Origin: an uncultured Nitrospiraceae bacterium
Lineage (GTDB): Bacteria > Nitrospirota > UBA9217
NCBI GenBank assembly: GCA_964646375.1
Contig: CAZYEF010000001.1
Coordinates: 1-52,649 of the forward strand
Direction of reading: 5' to 3'
DNA length: 52,649 nt
The notes beneath the pieces were generated by a model. The model did not search any database. It was given only the letters and a program-made list of their open reading frames with translations, and was not told the DNA's origin. Shown piece by piece: positions 45,723 to 52,649 of this stretch. The stretch's first letter is position 1; each line of letters opens with the position of its first letter. A program made the translations under genes and the position numbers.

Positions 45723-46922
45723 ATGAAAATTTTGGTATTCGATGAATGGTTGCCTTGGCCACTTGAAAGCGGAAAGAAAATTAGAAGTTATAATTTGATG
45801 TCCAGGATTGCTAAATATCACCAGATTATTTATCTGGCATATGTTAGATCACCCGACGAGGATTATAAAATTGAAATTTTTAATAACTGGTGTTATAAAG
45901 TGATACCTGTTAATGATGTAAGAAGAGAAAAATGGAAAATTCCTTTTTATTTTGATGTTGTAAAAAATATTTTCTCTAAAATGCCTTTTTCGACACAATA
46001 TCATATAACTGAAGAGTATGTTTGTGCCATAAAAGAAGCTATAGACAGAGAAAAACCAGATTTAGTGCATTGTGAATGGTCTAATTTAGCTCCTTGTTAC
46101 CAGTATTTTCCTAAATTGCCGACTGTAATTTCGTCTCACAATATAGAATCAGATATATGGAAAAGATGGTATGCTGCTTCCAACAATTTATTATACAAAT
46201 TAATTGCAAAGCAGCAAGCAGAACGAATTGAGATATTGGAAAAATTTTGGTACCCTAAAGCGGATGTTTGTATATCTGTGAGTGAACAGGATAAGCAAGT
46301 TATTGAGAGTTATGGTGCTAATGCTGTTGTTGTAGAGAATGGTGTCGATATTGATTATTACAGTAAGTATGAATACAATGGATATGATGAAAATTGTTTG
46401 GTATTCACGGCTTCATTTGACACATTCAGTAATCAGAATGGGGTGGAATATTTTATAAACGAAATATATCCAATAATAAAAAGGAGTAACTCTAAAATTA
46501 AATTGTATTTAGTTGGAAAGGAACCAACACAAAAGATAAAAAAATACGGAGAAAGAGATAGTAGTATTATAATTACTGGGTCAGTTCCAGATGTAAGACC
46601 GTTTATTGCTAAAGCATCTGTTTGTGTTGTGCCGTTAAGAATAGGGGGGGGGAGTCGATTAAAAATACTGGAAGCCTTAGCCATGAAGAAACCTGTTGTT
46701 TCTACCACTATTGGAGCAGAAGGTTTGTCCGTTAATAACGGTATTGATATCTTATTGGCGGATGAACCACATGTCTTTGCGGAAAATGTTCTGAAGGTTC
46801 TTGGTTCTTCGACTGCTAGGGATGCTCAGGTAGATGCTGGTTATTCTCTGGTAAAAAGAAATTATGATTGGAATATATTGGCTGACCTTCACAATAATGT
46901 TTGGTTACGTTTGAAATCATAA
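45723..46922 (+). CDS. Glycosyltransferase, GT-B fold (GT4-like) carrying an internal G9 tract
   Basis: MKILVFDEW N-terminus. PLRIGGGSRLKILEALAMKKPVVSTTIGAEGL. Confidence 0.85.
   Translation: MKILVFDEWLPWPLESGKKIRSYNLMSRIAKYHQIIYLAYVRSPDEDYKIEIFNNWCYKVIPVNDVRREKWKIPFYFDVVKNIFSKMPFSTQYHITEEYVCAIKEAIDREKPDLVHCEWSNLAPCYQYFPKLPTVISSHNIESDIWKRWYAASNNLLYKLIAKQQAERIEILEKFWYPKADVCISVSEQDKQVIESYGANAVVVENGVDIDYYSKYEYNGYDENCLVFTASFDTFSNQNGVEYFINEIYPIIKRSNSKIKLYLVGKEPTQKIKKYGERDSSIIITGSVPDVRPFIAKASVCVVPLRIGGGSRLKILEALAMKKPVVSTTIGAEGLSVNNGIDILLADEPHVFAENVLKVLGSSTARDAQVDAGYSLVKRNYDWNILADLHNNVWLRLKS
46644..46652 (+). repeat. Homopolymeric G9 tract inside the GT gene (codons GGG GGG GGG = Gly-Gly-Gly)
   Basis: Direct read of ...aagaata ggggggggg agtcga.... 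In frame with the 45723 CDS (R-I-G-G-G-S). Confidence 0.95.
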
Positions 46923-46961
46923 ATTTTGATGCGCCATTACATGATCAGGTAGGTGTTGCTT

Positions 46962-47648
46962 ATGGATATCATAAAACTATTGATTTCGTATTTGCCAGTT
47001 CAGTGGCAGTATGAGCTAAAAAGAATTCTTTATAGAAGGCAAATCAAGAAGGGGTTTTTTTTGACACCAGAGCCTGAATATAAATTGCTTTCTCAATTTG
47101 TCATGCCTGGTGATTGGATTATTGATATTGGCGCTAATGTTGGGCATTACACAAAAAAATTTTCGGACTTGGTTGGACCAGAAGGTCGGGTTATTGCTAT
47201 TGAGCCAGTGCCTGCAACGTTTTCAATACTGTCTGCAAACTGTCAGTCGTTTTCCAATGCAAATGTTACTTTATTTAATGTAGCGGCATCTGAAATGTTT
47301 GATGTTGCTGGAATGGAAATTCCTAAATTTAAAACAGGATTGGCAAATTACTATGAAGCACACATTTTGCCCTCTTGTCAAGAAAGTACCTTTAATGTGC
47401 TTACCATCCCATTAGATGCTTTATGTATCAATAGCAGAATTAAATTGGTAAAAATTGACACAGAAGGACATGAAAAAATGGTTTTGAAAGGCATGCGACA
47501 GCTTTTGAAGCAATACCACCCTATACTTATTGTTGAAGCGCCATCTGATGATACGGTGTCATTCTTGTCTGATTTTGGATATGTTTCTGAAAAATTGCCT
47601 GATTCTCCAAATCTTATATTTAAAGTATGTAAGAATATCCAGTTATGA
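46962..47648 (+). CDS. FkbM-family SAM-dependent methyltransferase
   Basis: IIDIGANVGHYT (SAM motif) and VKIDTEGHE (FkbM signature). The ATG at 46962 has a GGTAGGTG SD 6 nt upstream. The GTG at 46953 is the alternative. Confidence 0.85.
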   Translation: MDIIKLLISYLPVQWQYELKRILYRRQIKKGFFLTPEPEYKLLSQFVMPGDWIIDIGANVGHYTKKFSDLVGPEGRVIAIEPVPATFSILSANCQSFSNANVTLFNVAASEMFDVAGMEIPKFKTGLANYYEAHILPSCQESTFNVLTIPLDALCINSRIKLVKIDTEGHEKMVLKGMRQLLKQYHPILIVEAPSDDTVSFLSDFGYVSEKLPDSPNLIFKVCKNIQL

Positions 47649-47803
47649 ACAAGGTTTGCTACAATTAAATGAACTTTGTTGTAGATTTGGATTTTTGAAA
47701 TTAACGTCTATGGCGCCCATTTAATCTAATCAACACATGGATACCATTAAATGTGCATGATCGAAATTTATAACCTATTTATGTTGAAACATAGTGTCTT
47801 CGT

Positions 47804-49618
47804 ATGTGCGGAATTAACGGAATAGTTTCTTGGCACCGCGATTCTGGTGTTGTTGTCAATGAAATGAATCGACACTTACATCACCGAGGTCCGGATGATG
47901 ATGGTGTTTTTTCTGCTGCTCCCTTGGCTCTAGGTCATGTTAGATTAAGTATTCTCGACCTGAGTAGCGCCGGTGCACAACCGATGTGCTTTGGTCGCTG
48001 GGTTTTGGTATTTAATGGAGAAATATACAATTTCCAGGCACTGCGTGATACGCTTATTAACTACGGTTACCAATTTACGTCGCGTAGCGACACTGAAGTG
48101 CTTCTGAAAGCTTGGGATTACTGGGGGGAGAAGTGCCTCTGCAGGCTAGAAGGCATGTTTGCGTTTGCCATTTACGATACTGCTGAACGGTTGTTGCATC
48201 TTTGCCGCGACAACTATGGAGTTAAGCCTCTATTCTATAGCCTAACTAACAATGAATTCATTTTTTCTTCAGAATTATCTACCTTGATTCATGCTCAGGC
48301 AACAATGCCTGAGATTGACAGGGATGCAATTGCTTCATATCTGGCTTTGCATTATGTTCCTGCGCCTCAAACTGGGCTGAATAACCTCTATAAGCTACCA
48401 GTTGCACACAGAATGACGGTGAGTTTTGCGGGAAACAAAATTCAGGCATCGGAGCCATATAAATGGGATGATCCTTATAAACCTCAGGACGACCCTGTCG
48501 GTATTTCAGTGGATGCCTTGGATGAAGCCCTGGCACGCAGTGTTAAAAAGCAGATGATCAGTGACGTTCCGGTAGGGGCTTTTTTAAGTGGCGGCGTTGA
48601 TTCAAGCCTGATATGTCATTATGCCAGCCAGGTGCATAACGAGCCCTTGCATACCTTTTCAATCGGCTTCTCCGATGCTGGATGTGAATACGATGAAACT
48701 GCTTATGCCGCAAGAGCAGCAAAGCTTCTGGGCGCGGAACATCATGCCGTATGCGTTGAACTGGGTAGTTTGTCGGATCATATCGATGATATTTTGAACC
48801 GGATGGGTGAATTGAATGCCGATAGTTCCGTTTTCCTGAATCATATTGTTTGTGCAGAAGCACGTAAGCACGTTACGGTTTGTCTGAGCGGGGCTGGTGG
48901 TGACGAATTGTTTGGAGGCTACTACCGTCATCAGGCATTGTTGGCATTGGAACTGCTTATCTATTGCCCGCGCCAATTACTTCGGTTTATATTGAACCTG
49001 TTAACAATTTTTCCTCAAAACAGGGACAATAGGTTTGGCAATTTTGTACGACGTTTGATTCGCTTTCTGGAACAGCGCGAGGGAAATGGCGGCTTGATTA
49101 GTCTTATACGTCAAGATCGAGCTTACCCTCAACAGAGCTGCTTTCTCAGTCAACCACCACCCTCTACACTTCTAAAGGCTCTTGAATATGATTTTCGGCA
49201 TTTTCTCGGAGATAATATTCTTGCCTTCAGTGATAAGATGAGCATGCTGCATGGTCTTGAAGTGCGAGTACCTTTTCTTGATTCCGGTGTCGTCAGGCTT
49301 GCCGAAAGCATGCAGAATCGTCAACGCGTCAGGATTTCCGAGAAAAAGGTGATTCTAAAACAGTTAGCTGTCCGATATTTCCCCAGGGACCTTATCTACC
49401 GAAAGAAGCAGGGTTTCGCTGCTCCTATGGAGGTCTGGCTGAGACAGCTCACAAAGGCCGAGCTGAGAAGGCGTTGCATGGAAGGTCTCGCAACCCAGAT
49501 CCTGCCTGAAAAGGTGATTGATAACCTTATGGAAAATTTTCTTACCCGTAACAGGGATCTTTCGCTTCAGCTTTATTCATTGATTGTAATGAATCAGTGG
49601 CACGCAGCTCTCCATTGA
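47804..49618 (+). CDS. Glutamine-hydrolysing asparagine-synthetase-family amidotransferase (AsnB family; likely EPS/exosortase-locus amidotransferase)
   Basis: Canonical MCGINGIV N-terminus (Cys2 nucleophile). Blocks LSILDLS, LVFNGEIYNF, SDTEVLL and the PP-loop FLSGGVDSS. GC content is visibly higher than the cassette upstream. Confidence 0.9.
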   Translation: MCGINGIVSWHRDSGVVVNEMNRHLHHRGPDDDGVFSAAPLALGHVRLSILDLSSAGAQPMCFGRWVLVFNGEIYNFQALRDTLINYGYQFTSRSDTEVLLKAWDYWGEKCLCRLEGMFAFAIYDTAERLLHLCRDNYGVKPLFYSLTNNEFIFSSELSTLIHAQATMPEIDRDAIASYLALHYVPAPQTGLNNLYKLPVAHRMTVSFAGNKIQASEPYKWDDPYKPQDDPVGISVDALDEALARSVKKQMISDVPVGAFLSGGVDSSLICHYASQVHNEPLHTFSIGFSDAGCEYDETAYAARAAKLLGAEHHAVCVELGSLSDHIDDILNRMGELNADSSVFLNHIVCAEARKHVTVCLSGAGGDELFGGYYRHQALLALELLIYCPRQLLRFILNLLTIFPQNRDNRFGNFVRRLIRFLEQREGNGGLISLIRQDRAYPQQSCFLSQPPPSTLLKALEYDFRHFLGDNILAFSDKMSMLHGLEVRVPFLDSGVVRLAESMQNRQRVRISEKKVILKQLAVRYFPRDLIYRKKQGFAAPMEVWLRQLTKAELRRRCMEGLATQILPEKVIDNLMENFLTRNRDLSLQLYSLIVMNQWHAALH

Positions 49619-49708
49619 AATTCAGCAGGATCGGACTTTTAATTTTCGTGATATTTGTCACAAACAAAATTGGGTAATTAGTCAATAGTATAAAAAAACA
49701 AAATAGTC

Positions 49709-49800
49709 ACTGTTTCCGCAAGGGTAAAACCAGAGTGATCTGGTGGCACAAAGCTATGGGTCCTGAAAAAATCAGGATTGCCGGGCTGTCGAGAAACAGT
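49709..49800 (+). promoter_or_regulatory. Candidate GEMM-I class cyclic-dinucleotide riboswitch aptamer (c-di-GMP-I / possibly cGAMP-sensing variant)
   Basis: P1 is ACTGTTTC (49709-49716) paired with GAAACAGT (49793-49800). Hairpin 1 is CCAGA-GUGA-UCUGG (49730-49743) with a GNRA tetraloop, preceded by GGGUAAAACC. The junction GGCACAAAGC (49745-49754) compares with GACGCAAAGC of V. cholerae Vc2. Hairpin 2 is GGUCCU/AGGAUU (49759-49779). The 3' block GCCGGGCUGUCGA (49780-49792) compares with GCGGGGUUACCGA in Vc2. The order and spacing of all blocks match GEMM-I as I recall it. Not verified with a covariance model. Confidence 0.7.
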
Positions 49801-49848
49801 TCCTCGCGTAATGTGTTATAATTATCGGAGGACTGTTTCTTTTTTTTT
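49793..49848 (+). terminator. Intrinsic terminator acting as riboswitch expression platform
   Basis: GAAACAGT(T)CCTC (49793-49805) pairs with GAGGACTGTTTC (49828-49839). That gives 12 bp with one bulged T and a 22-nt loop, followed by T9 (49840-49848). The 5' arm reuses the 3' strand of the aptamer P1. Confidence 0.75.
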
Positions 49849-49862
49849 GTAGGCACAGGAAC

Positions 49863-49886
49863 GGGCAAGGGTAATGGGCACAAGGG
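49863..49886 (+). other. G-quadruplex-forming motif G3N3G3N4G3N5G3 in the 5' UTR
   Basis: GGGcaaGGGtaatGGGcacaaGGG read directly. It also forms an imperfect direct repeat, GGGCAAGGGTA / GGGCACAAGGGTA. Located between the terminator and the AAGGAGG SD (49904-49910). Confidence 0.5.
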
Positions 49887-49916
49887 TAGGTATCGATATA
49901 TATAAGGAGGTTTAAT

Positions 49917-52565
49917 ATGAGTTTCACCGGAAAATATTTATCTTCTCTTCAAGGACTGTCAATTGTTTTTCTTGGCTCGTTTGTTGTCTCAACTGCCCAC
50001 GCTGATCCAACAATAACTGGGTTGAACGGGACTTTAGCGCACTCAAACAGTGTCACCATTAGTGGTGCAGGTTTTGGCATAAAATCACAGCCATCTCCGT
50101 TGGCCTTTGGTGATATGGAAAACAACAGCTTGGCTGCGAGAATAGGGATATGGTCAGGCAGTATGCCAACTGGCTATCCATCGGGATTCATGACGGTATC
50201 AACCCTGCATCAACGCAACTCTCATAGTAGGTATAATGCCACGTGCAATTTTGGGACGGGAACAACCGGAGCTGAATACTGCTCGTTTGGGCAGGGTACA
50301 TCATCTGCTTCATGGTATATGCAATATTGGTACTACGTTGATAGCAGTACGGTTTGGGGACAAGGCAATATCAAAATGATTCGGCTTTGGAATAATTCGA
50401 CCAATCAAAATATGTATGTTGTCGGACCATACAATCGCGGGATGGTGACAGTGGAAGGTGCTGATGAAGGGCATGGCTCCTATTTTTCTGGTTCTTGTCC
50501 CCCTTCCGCTGGAACAGGTTGGTATCCGGCTACATCTTCGTCCATTTGCGGTGATGCTGCCTTTGGTCACACGTGTAATTGTGCAGATTGGTTGCCGACT
50601 TCTTTTGAATGGCGCCGTTTTCATACCGATATGCCTTCTGGTTCATGGCATCTTTTCCAGTTTGAGTACAAGGAAGGTTCAGCAAATGGTCATAATGGTA
50701 CGTTAAGATGGTGGGCAGATGGTAGGCTCGTTTACGATCATTCCAATATTAATACCAATACAAATGGAGCAAGTAAATTTCTATTCCATTTAGGTTGGTA
50801 TAGTTCTCATGGGACAACCGATATTTCAGGTCCGGTTTATTTTGATGATGTTTATGCTGATACTACTTGGCAACGAGTGGAGATCGGCAACAGTGCCACA
50901 TATAATAATTGTACTTTAAAAGAGATCCAAATCCCCACATCGTGGAGCGACGGTTCTATCGCCTTTACAGTCAATCAGGGGGCATTCGCAGATGGGGCGA
51001 CAGGTTATATTTTTGTGACTGACGCAAATGGCACAAGAAATACGGGTTATACAGTGACATTCGGAAGTAGTGGAACAACAGATAAAACAGCCCCGACCGT
51101 TTCCTTGACAGCCCCGCTATCTGGCGCCACGGTAAGCTCTAACGCTACGGTAACTGCTTCAGCCTCCGATAATGTAGGCATTTCCAAAGTCGATTTCTAT
51201 GTTGACAGCGCCAGTTCAACACCAATCGCTACAATTGCGACGGTGCCTTATACATTTACATGGAACACCACAACAGCAACAAATGGAACCCATACCCTTT
51301 ATGCCAAGGCGTCCGACGCTGCAGGAAACTCCACCACATCCACAGGAGTAGCTGTTACCGTTTCCAATGCAGTGGTTGACTCTACCGCCCCCACAGTCTC
51401 GATCAGTTCACCAGCGTCAAATGCCACGCTGACCGGAAGTACAACCGTTACGGCCACAGCTTCTGACAATGTCGGCGTAACTAAAGTTGACTTTTTTGTC
51501 GACAGCACCAGCTCAACAGCGGTTTATACAGCGACCTCCTCACCCTATTCTTTTACCTGGGATCCTTCGACCGTTGCCAACGGATCTCACACCATTTACG
51601 CCAGGGCATCGGATTCGGCCGGCAATACAGGTATTTCAAACGTTGCGGTAACGGTGTCTGTAGCCACATCCTCCGGCACAATAAAGCGTAATGAGTGCGC
51701 GAGTCCGCCCACTGGTACTCTTTTCTGTGAGGACTTTGAGGGTTCGAATCCGAAAGATGATTTCGATGACTATGACGGAAATCCGGACACGGAAAATCTG
51801 ATAGTGTCCGATAGCGGACCTGCTGCTGATTCATCCAACAAGGCTATCAGACTGCGAGTGCCGTCTGGTGTGTCGGGGCTTTCTGATCTTTTGAAGGTGC
51901 TTCCTTCGACTTATGACAAACTCTATGCTCGCTGGTACATTAAGTATGAGTCTGGTTTTAACTTCAGTGCGCCTGCTCATGGTGGCGGTCTCACCGCAGG
52001 TGACAGGAGTTATATAGGTCTTTCAGGCAATCGACCAGCAGGAAATGATTATGCGAGTTTCCTCATACAACCGTCAACTGATAGTATAGTGCCGTATTCC
52101 TATTCTTACTATCGAGGCATGTATCAGCAATGCACGGATCCTAACGGTAGTTGCTGGGGTGATTCTCTCCCATGCATCTATGACAGCGGTTCGACTTTTT
52201 GCACTAAATCCCAGGATCGTCCAACGGTCACAATGCCCAAACTGGTTGCGGGGCAATGGTACTGTTACGAGCAGATGATCGATATGGGAACAGCCAGCAC
52301 TACTGGAACCGGAGCAACCGGCAGGATAACTCAATGGTTGGATGGTAATCAGTTTGGGGACAACACAAATCTCTGGCTCAGAACAACTGCCAATCTGAAG
52401 CTTCAAAACCTGTGGCTGGCTCTCTTTCACCATGATGGTACGCACTCCGATGTCGGAGAATTGATTGACAATGTTGTCGTATCGACCCAGCGTATCGGGT
52501 GCGGTGGATCATCTGGGACGGTTACTCCGGTATCGAATCTCAAGACTATAAAAGTGACACCATAG
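49917..52565 (+). CDS. Large secreted protein: two concanavalin-like jelly-roll (polysaccharide lyase/glucanase-like) domains plus IPT-like and tandem Ig-like domains
   Basis: Strong AAGGAGG SD. Signal peptide ...FVVSTAHA|DP. N- and C-terminal regions share paralogous blocks: WYMQYWYYVD / LYARWYIKYE, GTLRWWADGRLVYD / GRITQWLDGNQFGD, and FLFHLGWYSSHGT...VYFDDVYAD / NLWLALFHHDGTH...LIDNVVVST. Two Ig-like repeats lie in the middle. There is no C-terminal PEP-CTERM motif. Confidence 0.8.
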   Translation: MSFTGKYLSSLQGLSIVFLGSFVVSTAHADPTITGLNGTLAHSNSVTISGAGFGIKSQPSPLAFGDMENNSLAARIGIWSGSMPTGYPSGFMTVSTLHQRNSHSRYNATCNFGTGTTGAEYCSFGQGTSSASWYMQYWYYVDSSTVWGQGNIKMIRLWNNSTNQNMYVVGPYNRGMVTVEGADEGHGSYFSGSCPPSAGTGWYPATSSSICGDAAFGHTCNCADWLPTSFEWRRFHTDMPSGSWHLFQFEYKEGSANGHNGTLRWWADGRLVYDHSNINTNTNGASKFLFHLGWYSSHGTTDISGPVYFDDVYADTTWQRVEIGNSATYNNCTLKEIQIPTSWSDGSIAFTVNQGAFADGATGYIFVTDANGTRNTGYTVTFGSSGTTDKTAPTVSLTAPLSGATVSSNATVTASASDNVGISKVDFYVDSASSTPIATIATVPYTFTWNTTTATNGTHTLYAKASDAAGNSTTSTGVAVTVSNAVVDSTAPTVSISSPASNATLTGSTTVTATASDNVGVTKVDFFVDSTSSTAVYTATSSPYSFTWDPSTVANGSHTIYARASDSAGNTGISNVAVTVSVATSSGTIKRNECASPPTGTLFCEDFEGSNPKDDFDDYDGNPDTENLIVSDSGPAADSSNKAIRLRVPSGVSGLSDLLKVLPSTYDKLYARWYIKYESGFNFSAPAHGGGLTAGDRSYIGLSGNRPAGNDYASFLIQPSTDSIVPYSYSYYRGMYQQCTDPNGSCWGDSLPCIYDSGSTFCTKSQDRPTVTMPKLVAGQWYCYEQMIDMGTASTTGTGATGRITQWLDGNQFGDNTNLWLRTTANLKLQNLWLALFHHDGTHSDVGELIDNVVVSTQRIGCGGSSGTVTPVSNLKTIKVTP
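51081..51665 (+). repeat. Tandem duplication encoding two ~97-aa Ig-like domains
   Basis: Unit 1 (51081-51371): DKTAPTVSLTAP...ASDNVGISKVDFYVDS...PYTFTWNTTTATNGTHTLYAKASDAAGNS. Unit 2 (51372-51665): VDSTAPTVSISSP...ASDNVGVTKVDFFVDS...PYSFTWDPSTVANGSHTIYARASDSAGNT. Confidence 0.85.
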
Positions 52566-52586
52566 CAAAACCCGAAGATTTAACGT

Positions 52587-52629
52587 AATACAACAACGCC
52601 TCGTTCATTGAACGGGGCGTTGTTGTATT
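52587..52629 (+). terminator. Candidate terminator hairpin after the secreted-protein gene
   Basis: AATACAACAACGCC (52587-52600) pairs with GGCGTTGTTGTATT (52616-52629), with inner CGTTCA/TGAACG pairing. The following T-tract is weak (TCATCTG...), so this may be a stabilising or bidirectional hairpin. Confidence 0.55.
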
Positions 52630-52649
52630 CATCTGAAAAACGAGTTTTT

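Noticed and set aside
33526-47803. Search for mobile-element hallmarks at the borders of the AT-rich cassette: transposase, integrase, tRNA gene, or flanking direct or inverted repeats.
   Set aside because: No such ORFs were found. Only short AT-rich matches occur, for example the CATTTAAT/ATTAAATG inverted repeat around 47718-47752 and a 6-bp CTACAA/TTGTAG hairpin after the FkbM gene. These are expected by chance in AT-rich DNA.
49741-49756. TGGCACAAAGCTATGG, which resembles a sigma54 -24 box (TGGCAC).
   Set aside because: The -12 position reads TATG rather than TTGC. The TGGCACAAAGC string is better explained as the conserved GEMM-I junction.
1-52649. CRISPR arrays, rRNA or tRNA genes, and PEP-CTERM-tagged ORFs.
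   Set aside because: No regularly spaced direct repeats, no cloverleaf-like or rRNA-like segments, and no ORF ending in VPEP plus a TM segment plus a basic tail were seen on either strand. Absence was judged by eye only.

Overview
This window is a bacterial exopolysaccharide (EPS) super-locus with three visibly different base compositions. No rRNA, tRNA, CRISPR array, transposase or integrase was seen.

(A) 0.3-14.5 kb, minus strand, GC-rich. After a parvulin-type PPIase and a small methyltransferase comes one tightly packed, translationally coupled operon. In transcription order it holds fcl (GDP-L-fucose synthase), a Wzx-type flippase, a SAM methyltransferase, a DUF362 protein, an ATP-grasp enzyme, four glycosyltransferases (GTs) and an 807-aa polytopic YfhO/GT-C-like membrane protein.

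(B) 14.9-19.1 kb. Three genes with no evident EPS function: a short DUF4140/DUF4139-like secreted protein, a helical-repeat orphan and a B12-binding radical-SAM enzyme.

(C) 19.4-33.5 kb, plus strand, intermediate GC. A near-complete core of a PEP-CTERM/exosortase (XrtA-type) EPS export system. It runs TPR lipoprotein (PrsT-like), priming sugar transferase (EpsB-type), OPX export protein (EpsE-type), chain-length determinant (EpsF-type), BY-kinase (EpsG-type), system ATPase, beta-barrel outer-membrane protein, polysaccharide deacetylase, exosortase, EpsI and a membrane GT2.

(D) 33.6-47.7 kb, plus strand, strikingly AT-rich. A variable repeat-unit cassette with a second flippase, a Cys-less AsnB-like enzyme, five GT-B GTs, a CapK/PaaK-like adenylating enzyme, a GT-A-like protein, a Wzy polymerase and an FkbM methyltransferase. 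A canonical glutamine-dependent AsnB-family amidotransferase follows at 47.8-49.6 kb.

(E) 49.7-52.6 kb. A candidate GEMM-I cyclic-dinucleotide riboswitch shares its P1 3' strand with an intrinsic terminator. It sits in front of an 882-aa secreted protein that has two jelly-roll (lyase/glucanase-like) domains and tandem Ig-like repeats.

The items I rate most worth follow-up are:
- the riboswitch, its terminator and the secreted protein it precedes;
- a G9 homopolymer inside a GT gene of the AT-rich cassette;
- the ATP-grasp/DUF362/methyltransferase module;
- the Cys-less AsnB paralogue;
- a flippase operon that ends in a GT-C-like protein instead of a polymerase.

All family calls come from motif recognition by eye. 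No database search was run.
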